Both the position numbers and the translations under genes were made by a program. Under the pieces are notes generated by a model. It saw only the letters and a list, made by a program, of their open reading frames with translations. It was not told the origin of the DNA and did no database searches. A DNA stretch of 63,888 nt, filler included, from Folioceros fuciformis (lineage: Eukaryota), in the NCBI GenBank assembly GCA_049999805.1. It is 7 parts of 7 records of this genome, joined end to end, with 100 filler letters (N's around TTAATTAATTAA, not from the genome) between each part and the next. Parts side by side here need not be neighbours in the genome. Positions count along the whole stretch, not along the records: positions 42,823 to 49,879 come from JBNGIO010004165.1; positions 49,980 to 60,028 come from JBNGIO010004166.1; positions 60,129 to 63,888 come from JBNGIO010004210.1; 4 more parts are not named here. One strand, written 5' to 3'. Positions 48,999 to 60,696 of the stretch are shown one piece after another. Every line of letters starts with the position of its first letter. Within the stretch, counting starts at the first letter, position 1.

Positions 48999-49879
48999 AT
49001 GCGCTTCAGCTTGGCTACTCCTTAGCCCCGTCTCTGCCCATCTCCCAGGTGTGGATTCACCACGTTCTCGTGATATGATTTCTCCACTGTTCCTTGTTTA
49101 CATGGCTCTGGCTGGATTCATTCATTTGCGTGCGAGCTCTGACTGTTTGACACGCCTATCACTGTGGCTACTCCAGCTGCAGAGTCCCGTGCTGAGTGCG
49201 AGCAGTTACAACGCTCCCTCGGCAGCCGCTGCACAAGGGTCCGTCGCATCCGTGCAGGCGGCGGCGGCGGCAGTGGCAGCTGCCGCGTCTCCAGAGCGGC
49301 AGTTGATGCTGCAGCTCGCAAGCTTTGGCGCGGCCGGATTCGACACCAGGTTGTGGAGCCAACAACAAGACGCCGCGGCCCTCTCTTATCCCACTTATTC
49401 CAACGTCTTTCAGCACCACCAGCTGCTGCCCGCCGTAGGCCATGCCGCCGAGCAACAACAGCAGCAGGAGGAGGGCAAAGACCGGACACACACTTTCCCA
49501 GTGCTACTCAAGCGTCATGTGGACGACGCAGCGGTTGCCAGTACGGCGCGCGATGTGCAAGTGCAGTCCCACGCCGCCTCCACCTCGCACGAGGCGCCCG
49601 GGCAGGACATGGAGCATGCTGCAAGCGTCGGCCATGGCGGCTGGCTGGGTCATCCCAACAAGATGATGAAAACGGAGCTCCACGGAGGCGTGGCGTCGGT
49701 ATCCCCAACCAGTACTGCAACTGGTGCCACTTCTGCTGCTGCTCCTACTGCTGCTCATCCTCCTCCCCCTCCTGCTCCCGCGCCTGTCCTACCTGCAGAT
49801 GTCTCCAACCAGGCCACCACAGTTCTTGATGCCGGCTCTGGAAGAAAGGCTCGAGTACAAGTGCGAGCCCGACTAGACG
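46712..49879 (+). CDS. WRKY: WRKY transcription factor, group IIb-like, truncated by contig end just before the WRKY domain; exons about 46712/46832-47496, 48776-49048, about 49177->49879
   Basis: IDLSVKL motif, leucine-zipper-like LQGMRDKVDSVSEENERLKNELKSLTTAYHNLQ, and RKARVQVRAR, which precedes DGCQWRKYGQK in group IIb. WRKYGQK itself is not in the window. Confidence 0.8.
46915..47150 (+). repeat. Coding (CAGGCG)n and CAG microsatellite encoding Gln-Ala and poly-Gln tracts, spanning an assembly gap
   Basis: GCGCAG hexamers on both sides of the gap at 46960-47059. Confidence 0.9.
47941..48001. promoter_or_regulatory. W-box cluster in WRKY intron 1
   Basis: TTGACT on either strand at 47941-47946, 47968-47973 and 47996-48001, plus a TTGACG core at 47960-47965. 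Confidence 0.6.
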
Positions 49880-49979
49880 NNNNNNNNNNNNNNNNNNNNN
49901 NNNNNNNNNNNNNNNNNNNNNNNTTAATTAATTAANNNNNNNNNNNNNNNNNNNNNNNNNNNNNNNNNNNNNNNNNNNN

Positions 49980-51936
49980 CTAGCGATTCAGGGAATAAGG
50001 GAAGGTGACCTTCCACTCAGCAGGGAATTTGCTTATTTGTCCCCCTCACCACCAGCTATGGAGCAAAAGCTCTCGATCACCCCTAGGAGCATCGCGCACA
50101 CACTACCCACCCAGACATCTCCAATCTAGCCATGGACAGTGCGGGAACCTCGGACGGAAAGAGTCTCCAACATTTACTAATTAGAGAGGCACCAATAGGC
50201 CTCTTTGTACACACGCCAGGCGAGATCATAGCCGCCATTAAGTCTAGTCTGAAGTAGTCAAGCGCTCTTATTGCAAGCAGCATTAGCTCCAAGAAAGCAT
50301 CTTCACCAGATCTTAATTTAAGATTTTTCTAAGATGCAATGAATTCTAGCCTATCCTATTGCCACGCTCGCCTCCTATCTGGTCTTTGCGTACTCCTCCC
50401 TCGGCCGCCAAATCCCCGGGCTCTCCTTCCTCTTCATTGGTCAGGCAGATTCTCCCATAAATCCTCCACCTCACTCTTGCTGTCGCCTGACTTCTCTTGT
50501 CGAGGCATGGGTGGGGTCCGCCGAGGAGTCCTTCCCCCACCTTCCGGTCGCCTGTTACTCAGGACCATCACAGGTTCTTGCTCCACCCATGCCTGCGCTT
50601 CTTCCTCTGTGAGTTCCTCCAAGACTGCCTCCGAATAACAGGGAGGCAACCCCCACACTCGGAAGCAGTCAAAGAAGCATCCCCTGCGAGTCCTAAGTTG
50701 CAGGTAGTAAGGCCTTGTCCCTCCTATTCCCACACGCACATGGACAGTAAGGTTAAGTACACGGTCCCCATTCACATAGAGGCCTGGAATATAAGATTCC
50801 TCATCCAGATGCTATAATACAATCTGGCCTCTTGCTGCAGATGAGGTGCTTACCCCATCCTCCCGTGGGCTACCCCGAACTGTCTGTTCTTTACTCTCCA
50901 AGGGTACTGGGGAATCCTCTGCTCCTCTGGCTGCCGTTGTTCCCAGCCTCGTCCTCCTGGTGCAGGTGGTCATTCCAGCTCTCCCGGTTGCGGGTTCCAC
51001 AACTGTTGCTGCTTCCTCAACCCTGGTGGGGTTGTCCTCTACCGGCGTGGTCTCCCTCTGACCGGTAGCGGCTTCTGCTACCTCAGTCGCGGACCTGCTA
51101 CTTCGTTTGACCTTCCCTTTCCCTTTTTCTCGCCTCCGGGCCTCATCTCGTTCCCATTTGTAATGGTCCACGAGCTTCTAGACTTTCTCCACTGTAGCCG
51201 CCTCCTGCTCCTGTGCTCTCAACAGCTCCTGTTGCATTTCCTGGTTGGCTTCGTGGACCTCCTTGACTTGAGTTAGAAGCAATTCCTGCTGATCTTTCAT
51301 GGCCTGCATCTCCTCCTGAGCCCACGGGACGTACTTCCTCCTGCACCTGGGCCTTTGCTGCACTTAGGGCATGTCAGGCTTCCTCCAGTTGCTCTCGCCT
51401 TGCTTCTGCCTTGAACAGCTTGGCTTGCACCTCCTCTTCTCTCTGTCCCTGCATGCTTAGCCAAGTGAGTGCCCATGCAGCCGGATCCAGCATATTCGCC
51501 TGCGCCCGGACCATGGCCGCTGTCAGGCTTGGCAAATCCACTTGTTGGGATGCGACTCCAGTAGCCATCCCTTTGTCCAGGATCCCCCTCCCCAATAGGG
51601 TGTGTACCCTTTCCAAGCCTTAGCCTGTAAATTTGCCACCAGGAGGGTGGCCTTGAAGATCTCTTCCCACCCTGGAAAGAGTTCTTCCTTGGAGTCAACC
51701 CTAACTTCCCTGCCACCTCAGCCAGTTTTGCCTCCTCAGCTGGCGTCAATTCCTTGGATTCGGCTAAGGGGGTGCCCGATTGTCTGTCCCCTGTTTTTCG
51801 GGCAGACTCCTGCAGCGCCAAATCCATTGTTGACCTGGTGACGTGTGTGCTCACTTTCCTCCTCTTCGCAGGGGTCTTCTGCCTGGCTCCTGCCTTCCAC
51901 TTCTTGCTGAGGTTTTATGGGAGGACTTGCCTGACC
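49980..51936 (-). mobile_element. Decayed copy of the accessory-ORF repeat family (coiled-coil and C-terminal part plus 3' flank), homologous to about 54605-56660
   Basis: Collinear peptide matches, for example QEEMQAMKDQQELLLTQVKEVHEANQEMQQE vs REEVQQLKEQQELLLAQVREAHGSNLEMQQE, and LLGRGILDKGMA..QVDLPSLT vs LLGRQIMDRGMA..EVDLPGLT. Confidence 0.8.
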
Positions 51937-52590
51937 TGTAGAGGGGGAGAAGAGCTTGGGGATTTGGCGGCCAAGGAAGGAGGACGCGAAGGCTGAATAG
52001 GAGCCAGGCGCGGATTGAGATAGGCCAGAATTTATTGCATCTTAAAATAGTGCTTAGTTAAGATTTGATGAAGATGTTGTCTTGGACCTGATGCCGCTCG
52101 CAATTAAGAGCACTTTGCAGCTTGACTGTTTAGACTAGACTTTATGGCGGGCTGTGACCCCCGCTCTAAACGCATTGTACAAAGAGGCATGTTGGGGCCT
52201 CTTTAATCAGCCAATGTTGGGAACACTCCTTGGTTGAGATCCCCGTGCTGCCAAGGAGGGTAGCGTGTGCGAGAAGCTCCTAGGGAGAGTCGCGAAGCAT
52301 TGCTTTGCGGCTGGTGGTGAGGGGACAAATCCATGAGAATCGCGGCACGGAAGGATCTCTTCTTCCCTATTCCCCGAGTCATCTGTCGTGCTCGAAATTT
52401 GTGTGTGTGCAGGCCTACCCTCTGGTTGAGATCCCTGCTTCTGCCAAGGAGGGTAGCGTGTGCAAGAAGCTCCTACAAGGAGTCTAGCGCACTGCTCTGT
52501 GGCGGGTGGCGAGGGGGACGAATCCGCGAGGACCACGGCACGGGAGGATTTCTCCTTCCCTATTCCCCGAGCTAATTGCTGCATTCCAAA
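51937..52590 (+). repeat. Inverted diverged copy of 49980-50430, with an internal tandem duplication (about 52230-52380 and 52420-52572)
   Basis: For example GGGGATTTGGCGGCC (about 51958) vs GGCCGCCAAATCCCC (about 50403); TGTACAAAGAGGC vs GCCTCTTTGTACA; TTCCCTATTCCC vs GGGAATAAGGGAA. Confidence 0.8.
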
Positions 52591-52598
52591 ATCCACAT

Positions 52599-52862
52599 CA
52601 AGTGAGTGAGTGAGTGAGGTTGAGCGAGTGAGCAAGTGAGCGAGTGAGTGAGGTTGAGCGAGTGAGCAAGTGAGCGAGTGAGTGAGGTTGAGCAAGTGAG
52701 CGAGTGAGTNNNNNNNNNNTGAGCAAGTGAGCGAGTGAGTGAGGTTGAGCAAGTGAGCGAGTGAGTGAGGTTGAGCAAGTGAGTGAGGTTGAGCAAGTGA
52801 GCAAGTAAGCAAGTGAGTGAGGTTGAGCAAGTGAGCGAGTGAGTGAGGTTGAGCAAGTGAGT
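52599..52862. repeat. Compound GAGT/GAGC minisatellite
   Basis: Reiterated GTGAGCGAGTGAGTGAGGTTGAGCAA units with a small gap inside. Confidence 0.9.
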
Positions 52863-53022
52863 GTCGTACTTCAAGAAGTCTTGCCCTTCAACATCTGAAC
52901 ATAACCCTAGACATCTCTAAACACATATATATTCTATATATTTAGCATACATTCATGTATATATATGGGGTGGCCAGCCCCTATATGATATATGCGTATA
53001 TTCTTGCAACAGTGCACACATA

Positions 53023-53385
53023 GATGCCTCCCCTTGGGTGCTTCCTCTCCGTCCTACACACCAAGGCTACTGGTCATCCTGCCACTCTTTGGTGGTTTAC
53101 TACACACGAGATCGACGGAAGGAGTAGCTTTCCTCTACTCCTCCTCCCTTGATGTGAGTACAGTGATCACACTTGTAATTCATGGATGCCTCCCCTTGAT
53201 GGCTTCCTCCCCGTCGTGCACACCAAGGCTACTGGTCATCCTACCACTCTTTGGTGATTTACTACACACAAGATCGACGAAAGGAGTAGCTTTCCTCTAC
53301 TCCTCCTCCCTCGATGTGAGTATAGTGATCACACTTATAATTCATTGATGCCTCCCCTTGATGGCTTCCTCCCCATCGTGCATAC
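53023..53385. repeat. 162-bp tandem repeat; third unit is interrupted at 53385 and resumes at 58040; probably part of the 3' LTR of the PHD-Gypsy element
   Basis: GATGCCTCCCCTT at 53023, 53185 and 53347. The unit continuation CACACCAAGGCTACTGG... is found at 58040-58139. Confidence 0.88.
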
Positions 53386-56300
53386 TGTGGGGGGAAATAT
53401 TGCACCCGGGGGTGCTGCGAGGTCCACACAAACCCTCTATGTCGTTATAGCTCAGGGATTTGATCCCAAAGGAATGATTTGTGTCAAAGAACATAGGTTT
53501 TCTCTCAAAGTCAGTTACTACCAAAGGTCAGGCTTTACCTACCCCCAAGTCTACTACCTGCAGGGCAACTACCACTACTCTCATTGCGGCTCAGCTATCA
53601 AGACCCTGCACTACCTCTCAGACTCGCTCGGCTACCGGGGGGGCCTCTTAAACTACCGACTCCCTGCTACCTCAAAGGTACTTCTACTACCTCGAGTTCT
53701 CGTCTACCTCGTTCCTATTCCCCGACATCAGTACGGATTTTCGTGACGGTAGGGGACTTAACTACCTCGGCGGGTCCCACCCTTAGTCTCTCTCTATCTC
53801 TAGGTTCAACTTACCTCCTTATCCATTTACTCCGAACTTGTGTAACGTCGTGGGGTTGGTCTCTACCCTAGGCACCTATGGCCACCAACTCGCCACTCCC
53901 CTCGTCACTTCTTGCTCTCAGCCCCCAACACACCTATGCTCCAGGCCCACTCAGCCGGTCTCGCTCTCAACTACGGCCATGATTCAGCACTACCAACCCC
54001 GCACTCGTCCCCACTCTTACCTCAGATAGCTTACACTCAGCACACACCACGATCTCTCGGTCAAACACTCACCGGTATCAGACACATCACACACCCGTTT
54101 CCCGGTCACTCACTAGTCGCAACTCGCTCACTTCCACCCGTGCACAACAACTCTCGATATGCCGACGTTACAGCGCCCTTCGTTAAATCACTCCAGTTCT
54201 CACACACACACCCATCCAGCCCAGGAACAGCTTAGACCAGTACTCTTTCTCAGACTCTCACCACACACACATTAGTTGCGCCTTCAACTCTCAAGCGCAC
54301 ACCCACAGCGCATAGCCGCGGTAGCTCCTCAGTCACTCAGAATCTCCAGCATTCCAAACACTTTTCCATCGCCTACGTCCACGACTTCACCTCTCAACAC
54401 TCTAGACCATGGTGGCCTACTGCCACTCAACTCCTCTTCACGTCTCACGCACTCACCGTCTTTTCTCCCCTTCAACACACGTTCTCCTCTCGATTTCTCC
54501 TCACACACTCGACCCTCGGTCGACTTGTTTCTCCCAATTCTTCTCTCTTCAACTCACTCTCCTCCACTCTTCTTCTCCTTCTCAATATTTAAGGGGCAGC
54601 ATGGCACTAGGGAATAAGGGAAGCAGGTTCCACTTCCACTCCGCAGCGGCGGATTCGTTTCCTCTTGCTTCCACCACCCTACACGACCAATATCAGGGAT
54701 AGCAAGGAAGCTTGGCTTCCACTCGGCGAGGCTCCTCCTCCCGATTTGTCCCTAAAACCACTGCCGCGGAGCAATCACAACTTGCACACCGCACGCTTAG
54801 AACACTACGTGCGCTCGCCTGCCTAGATCTCCCTATCCAGCAGCAGCCATCGCTAGGCTTTCGCAAGATCGGAATGTCGAGCTTGATTTTGCTAACTTTT
54901 GAGGCACCAAAACCGGCCTCTTGTACGCGCTGGTGGTAGGTCCTCTCCACCATTAAGTCTGGTCAGGGGGGTCAGTCAGTGATCTTAATTGTGAGCGGCA
55001 TAGGTCCAAGCAAAAGCAACCTAGAAAAAACTATCCTAGGATGCATTTATTGTCGCCTCTCTCTCTTGGCCGTCTCGCTCCTCCTCTCGCTAGGCCGCCT
55101 CTGGCCCTCCTCCCTCGCCGTTGGTCGGGCAAATCCTCCCAGAGGATCTCCACCTCACTGCTGCTACTGCTGGACCTCGCTGGCGGTAGCGTAGGTGACT
55201 CCCGTCGCAGGGGACCCCGCTCCTTGCCTTGTCACCGATTGCTGAGGATGAGGACGGGTTCCCGCTCAACCCACTGCTGCGCCTCCTCATCTGTCAGCTC
55301 CTCCAGGACTGCCTCTGAATTAGCAGTGAGGCAGTCCCCACACCCGCCAACGGTAGTAGTAGGACCCCTTATGGGTCCTCAGTTGCAGGCCGTAGCCCCG
55401 CATCCCTCCTAAGCCCACATGCACATATAAAAACAACTTCAGAACTCAAGCTCCTTCCACATAGAGGCCAGGCACATAAGCAGCCTCCTCCTCATACTGC
55501 AACACAATCCGACCCTCTGTTGCAAAGGAAGCGCTTACCCCCTCCTCCCGTGGGCTACTCCGAGATGCCTGCCCTCTGCTCTCCAGGGGTACTGGAGGAT
55601 CTTCCATCCCCCCGGCTGTTGCTCCTCCCTACTCAGTCCTCCTGGTGTGAGTTGCTCTTCTAGATCTCCGGGTTGTAGGCACTTCCACCATTACTTCTTC
55701 AGCTACCGGGGTCGGGGCTTCCGCTACCGCGTCGTCTTTCTTCTACCAGTAGCCTCTTTGGCTACCTCCATTGTCGCTCGAATACCTCGCCTGGTTCTAC
55801 CCTTCCCCTTCACTCGCTCCCTGGCCTCATCTCGCTCCTGCTTGTACCTGTTGGCCAGCTTATGGGCTTGCTCCACTACGGCCGCTTCCAGCTCCTGAGC
55901 CCTAGCTACCTCCTGTTGCATCTCCAAGTTACTTCCATGGGCCTCCCTCACCTGAGCTAGGAGCAACTCCTGCTGCTCCTTCAATTGCTGCACCTCTTCT
56001 CTTGCCTGGCGGGACTCTTCCTCTACTTGCGCCTTAGCCACACTCAGGGCCTATCGTGTTTCTTCCAGGTGCCGCCGCTCTGCCTCGGGCTCCGCCAGCT
56101 TCCTCCAGGCCTCGGCCTCCTTCTCCCGAGCTTCCACCTCCTTGCCCCAGGCCTGAGCTTCCCTCTCCGCTTGCATACTCAGCCAGGTCAGTGCCCTGGC
56201 TGCCTGGTCCAGCATATTTGCCTAGGCCTGCACGATCGCTAAAGTCAGGCCGGGCAAGTCCACCTCCTGCGACTCCCCCACACGAGCCATCCCCCTGTCC

Positions 56301-58039
56301 ATGATCTGCCTTCCCAGCAGCGCCCCCAATCTGTCCAGGTCCCTTGCCTGCAACCTGTCCACCAAAGGAATCCTTCTAAAAATTTCTTCCCATCTCGGGA
56401 AGGATTCCCGTTCTGGAGCATGCCCTAATGCGGCTATCACCTTAGGCGGGGCCATTTCCATTTCTAGCACTTGCTCCTGGGGTGCCTCTCCTTCTCCACC
56501 TGTTCCTTCTTCGCTGGCTCCTGGACAACTTCTTGGCCCTGCTTAGCCTGCTCCGGGGTGGTTTCCTGTTGCACTATCCCGCTCCCCCTTCTGATGACCT
56601 GCCCACCAGTCCTTCTCCTCTTAGCAGGAGTCCTCTTCCTTGTCCCCACCTCCCTCTTCTGCCTAGTGAGGGCTTCCTCCTCTTGACTGCCAACTGCTGG
56701 AGTCAGCCTCCTTCGCCTCCACGAGCTTCCACTTCACTTCTCTCAACGGCTTCCACATATGCAAAGATGCAATCACCTCAACTTCAGGCAGTAGGTTAGC
56801 GTAACAGTAGGTGTGCACCAAAAAGGGAGAAATCATCGAAGGCCAAGGGGAGGCTGAGGCCAAGTTCTGCCTCTCCTCGTTCATCCTGTCATACAGGATC
56901 CTACCCCAGTCCACCTTGCTGCCCTTAACAACCTCGTGCACAAACAGGAGCATCTGGTCAGAAAGGTAATCTTGCTTTCGGATCTGCAAGAAGCACAGGA
57001 ACCATCTCGCTAGGCCCATTAGCTCGGCAGTCGCCATGTCCCGAATCAGCCACCCGTTGGCTTCTCTCCCGGTGGCAACCTTAAACAGTGCCGCATGGAC
57101 TCCAGCATGAGTCCGCCTTCCTCCTCCTGGTTGTGCCATACACGTGCCTCATCAGCTCGAGGTTCCAATCCTGCGATCTTCCTCGAATTCCTTCTTCCCT
57201 GACCGGCACCCTCAACCTCTGAGTGCACTCCCTGACCAATCCAAGGGCTGCTTGGTTCCACCTCTGGGTCATGAACCTGAGGCCTAGCTCTTCGACTAGC
57301 CCTCCGACTTTGACCTGCCAGTGCTCCATGTTTGGCCAGAAGGCCAGCTCCACCCTCAGGACAGGAGGTCGCTCCTCCTCTCCAAATGCTTCCTCTCCTG
57401 CCGGCAACGCTGCGAGATGCTCCCTCCTCATCCTGCCTTGCCTCCGTGCGGTGCTGATCGCCTGTTGCTCTCCTTCTGCTACACTCCGCTGCAGCTGCGC
57501 CTGCTCCCGCTCCTGGTCGAGGTCGCGCTCCGCTTCTACTTCCACTTCTGCTCCCTGACTCGTAGTCACGCTCCTATTCAAATCGCAACTAAACCCCCTG
57601 GCTCACCTAGGGTTTTATACTGGTTGGATTGTTCCCATTCCACTACCACCGGTTGCACTACCACCCATTGGCCTTCCACAACGGTGGTTCAGCTTCCACT
57701 ACCATAGCTGAGTCACAACATCCCAATTTTCTAGCCTAAGTCCACAACTACCTACTCCCAGGACCCTTTCTTATTTTCTTATTTTTAAGGGGGGGGGTGC
57801 ATATATAGACCCCCTAATACCCCCCTGACCACCAAAGACCAAGGACACTCCTGCTCATACCAACGCTCAGTCCTGTGCTCAGTCCAGTTAAAACACCAAG
57901 GTCCAAGGAGACTTTGGGTACAAATACCCAAGTCTTACTCTCAAGCTAAGCCGGTTCACTCACACTTTCACACAAAAAAAACAAAACTTACGTATTCTGT
58001 CTCTCAAAATGGGGATTCTGAATACTTTTTTCCTCTACA
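53386..58039. mobile_element. 4,654-bp TG...CA insertion with 5-bp TSD and no recognisable gag-pol or transposase (giant solo LTR or non-autonomous element)
   Basis: Termini TGTGGGGGGAAATATT and AATACTTTTTTCCTCTACA form an imperfect inverted repeat. Flanks CATAC (53381-53385) and CACAC (58040-58044). The insertion splits a 162-bp repeat unit exactly. Confidence 0.8.
55090..57581 (-). pseudogene. Frameshifted accessory ORF: putative plant-transposon (Transposase_32 / Athila-ORF-like) domain, basic linker and coiled coil
   Basis: Consecutive minus-strand ORF pieces. VKGSKVDWGRILYDRM.EE......SMISPFLVHTY resembles the extra-ORF domain of non-chromovirus Gypsy elements. KRTPAKRRR is NLS-like, and a long E/Q/R heptad region follows. 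Domain assignment is by eye only. Confidence 0.55.
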
Positions 58040-60028
58040 CACACCAAGGCTACTGGTCATCCTACCACTCTTTGGTGGTTTACTGCACACGAGATCGACG
58101 AAAGGAGTAGCTTTCCTCTATTCCTCCTCCCTCAATGTGGCACCATCACTTCCCCCCCTTAATTTGCTGACCATCTTTCATTGGTAAGACATATTAACAA
58201 ACTTTAACATCAAAATTCATACATACTGAGCACACTACTCCTTATAATGTATCAACTACTACACACATTGGACAAAACCATTGCCCATCAGGCACTGCTT
58301 CTAGTGGAGGCTCTAAACAAAAGGTGTGCCACCCATCATTACACCTATCGCACAACAACATGCAATGATCACTTCCAAAATCTCCACAGCCTGTACGAGC
58401 AAATCCCCTTCTTGGTATGAAAGCTTGCACATCAATTGCTGAATTCAAGTAAGGCAAATGGCATGGCACACAATTTTTCATATGTTCCAAACAAGTTGTG
58501 CCATCCTTTCCCTCCAACTCCAAAATTCTATTCAACTTCACACTTCTCACCCTTAATATTATCCGACTCGCACTCGTATCAATTGTTGTCATTATCTTCC
58601 TCTGCAAATATACGTAATCTCCAACTTCAAACTTCCTCACCTTAGGCCTGAAATGCCCACTTCTTGTTTTTCTGCACCTCAACTCATCTCTATGTTAAGC
58701 TATTAACAAGTTATCTATTATCATAGGCATAATTCTCCTGAACAATTCCGCTCTATGTGTAACTATCTTCAACCATTTATTAGGGTCACCCAAATCCACT
58801 ATAGTATTCACCTTGTCTTCTAACATCCTAGAAAACTGTGGTCTACGTTCAAACAACAACATGTATGGTGAAAATTTTCCCAGCAATTCTTGCCTACTCA
58901 TCCTATAACCCATCGCAAGAATGGCAACATCCTATCCCACTCACTTTTGTCCATTACCAAACAATACTTCCTCAAAGCATTCTTACATGTCTGTACCATC
59001 CTTTCTGCCAAACCATCAGCCTCCGGGTGATTCCTTAAAGTTACCCTATAATCAATAAAGATACTCATTTAAAAATTCATCAAAATCTCCCATAAATTCA
59101 GTACCCTGGTATGTCAAAACTTCTGCACAAGCCCCAAAAACACTCAACACATTATTAAGAAATGCTTCTTTAATCTCATGTGACTTCTTCTCTCTCAAAG
59201 GCACCAAAACTATCTACTTAGAGAAATGTTCTATCATCACCAACACATATCTGAATCTTCATGGGTGAATGGCAACTCTCTAACCAAATCCAAACCAACT
59301 CTTCATGAATTTTTCTTATCAAACTTATCCTTTCTTCCAAACTAGATACCACCTTCATGTTTTCCTTAAATAAGAACTTACTATCAACCCACATGTAACT
59401 TCTACTTCGCTTTGTTACTTTATCATTTTCCTGCATAGTCAACATCTTCTTATTTCCACCTGTCATAATACACTTCATTGTATTCTAATCCTCCCAAATA
59501 TCCATTGTTGTCAAAGAAGACACTAGTTCTACAAGATTCACCAAATATCCACTTGGTGTCCACCTAGACACCACCTAGTTACATTCAACATTCTCTTCTC
59601 TATCAAAATTATGTCTAGCAATCGTTGTATCTATTGAGTTATCGAGCTCTATATGAGCTAAACTCATGTGGTGTTAGTTATCCCAGTTGGGTTCATACTA
59701 GACTAGTTCTAGTTATTAGTGAACTTAGGATAGTGTAGATTATCCCATATTGAACCTGGAAGTTGTGTAGCCCTAAATGTACTACTTAAATGGAGACCTC
59801 GGACCTCCATAGTATGACAGTGGTGATGTGTATTGTTTTCATGGTTGTGATCACCAATACCACCCTCTCTTCTCTCCTCTCCTCTCCTACACTTGCACGT
59901 AGACTGGAGTCGAACCTATTGACAGTATCCACCGAACTCCCTAGCAGATTCCTTGACAACACATTTGCATTAGCATGTTTTACTCCTGCTCTATGTTCTA
60001 TAGAAAAATTATACTCCTGTAAAATGAG
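58040..60028 (-). mobile_element. Ty3/gypsy element 3' part: RNase H end, integrase with C-terminal PHD finger, PPT (58160-58149) and start of 3' LTR (TG at 58148)
   Basis: IEHRAGVKHANANVLSR; integrase remnants (FGACAEVLTYQGTEF, MGYRMSRQ...FSPYMLLFERRP, KFEVGDYVYL); PHD MLLCDRCNDGWHTFCLEPPLEAVPDGQWFCPMC; AAGGGGGGGAAG-TGATGG. Confidence 0.9.
59632..59924 (+). mobile_element. 293-bp solo LTR (TA...CA) inserted into the Gypsy pol
   Basis: Perfect 5-bp TSD GTATC at 59627-59631 and 59925-59929. Removing it restores LSRNLLGSSVDTTIARHNFD. Second family copy at 28651. Confidence 0.85.
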
Positions 60029-60424
60029 NNNNNNNNNNNNNNNNNNNNNNNNNNNNNNNNNNNNNNNNNNNNTTAATTAATTAANNNNNNNNNNNNNNNN
60101 NNNNNNNNNNNNNNNNNNNNNNNNNNNNATCATAACCTTAATCACTCTTACCACTAATTAGTACAAACTCAATAAGCTGGATTAGCACTAATTAATATCA
60201 ACATTAATCATGCTTAACAATTGGTAAGTCGTGGAGCTTCATCCACCTATTGCATGTTGTCGGTGTGTGTCTCGCTCAGTTATTGTTGAAGTTAACCTTA
60301 CTTAGCCCTCCTTGTGGTTGAACAAAGGTACAAGGTTGTCGAAACAGTAAGCAATACAACAAATATTTGAGGACTGAGGGCCTCACCCGTAAGCTCCTCA
60401 CTTGCCATTAAGATATCGTTGGTA

Positions 60425-60696
60425 GTTTATCAAGCCTAAGCCTTTCATGTGTTTGATATGCTTGTCTTTGGGCAAAGATTTTGTCAGGATGTTCGCAATG
60501 TTACTGTCTGTTGGTACATAAAGTACTTTAACTACCCCCTCCCAACGGCATCCTTGACATAGTGATGGTGTATTTTGATATGTTTGGTATGAGCATGGAA
60601 GCGGGGGTTGACGACCAAGGCGATAGCGGACTGGTTATCACAAAGGAGGTAAGTGGGTCCTTGTTGAGGCTCACCAAGATCTTGTTAGTATAGGTA
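60425..60696 (-). mobile_element. Ty1/copia RNase H C-terminal fragment
   Basis: CDNQSAIALVVNPRFHAHTKHIKIHHHYVKDAV..GVVKVLYVPTDSNIANILTKSLPKDKH. Confidence 0.9.

Noticed and set aside
10398..49879. Apparent defence gene cluster (CNGC, TGA, PPOs, WRKY)
   Set aside because: The genes lie on three different concatenated contigs. Only CNGC-PPR-HNH-TGA are truly linked, and no functional link is evident.
10125..60128. Recurrent TTAATTAATTAA motif flanked by N runs, six times
   Set aside because: Artificial contig linker with stops in all frames, not biology. ORFs that run into it are artefacts.
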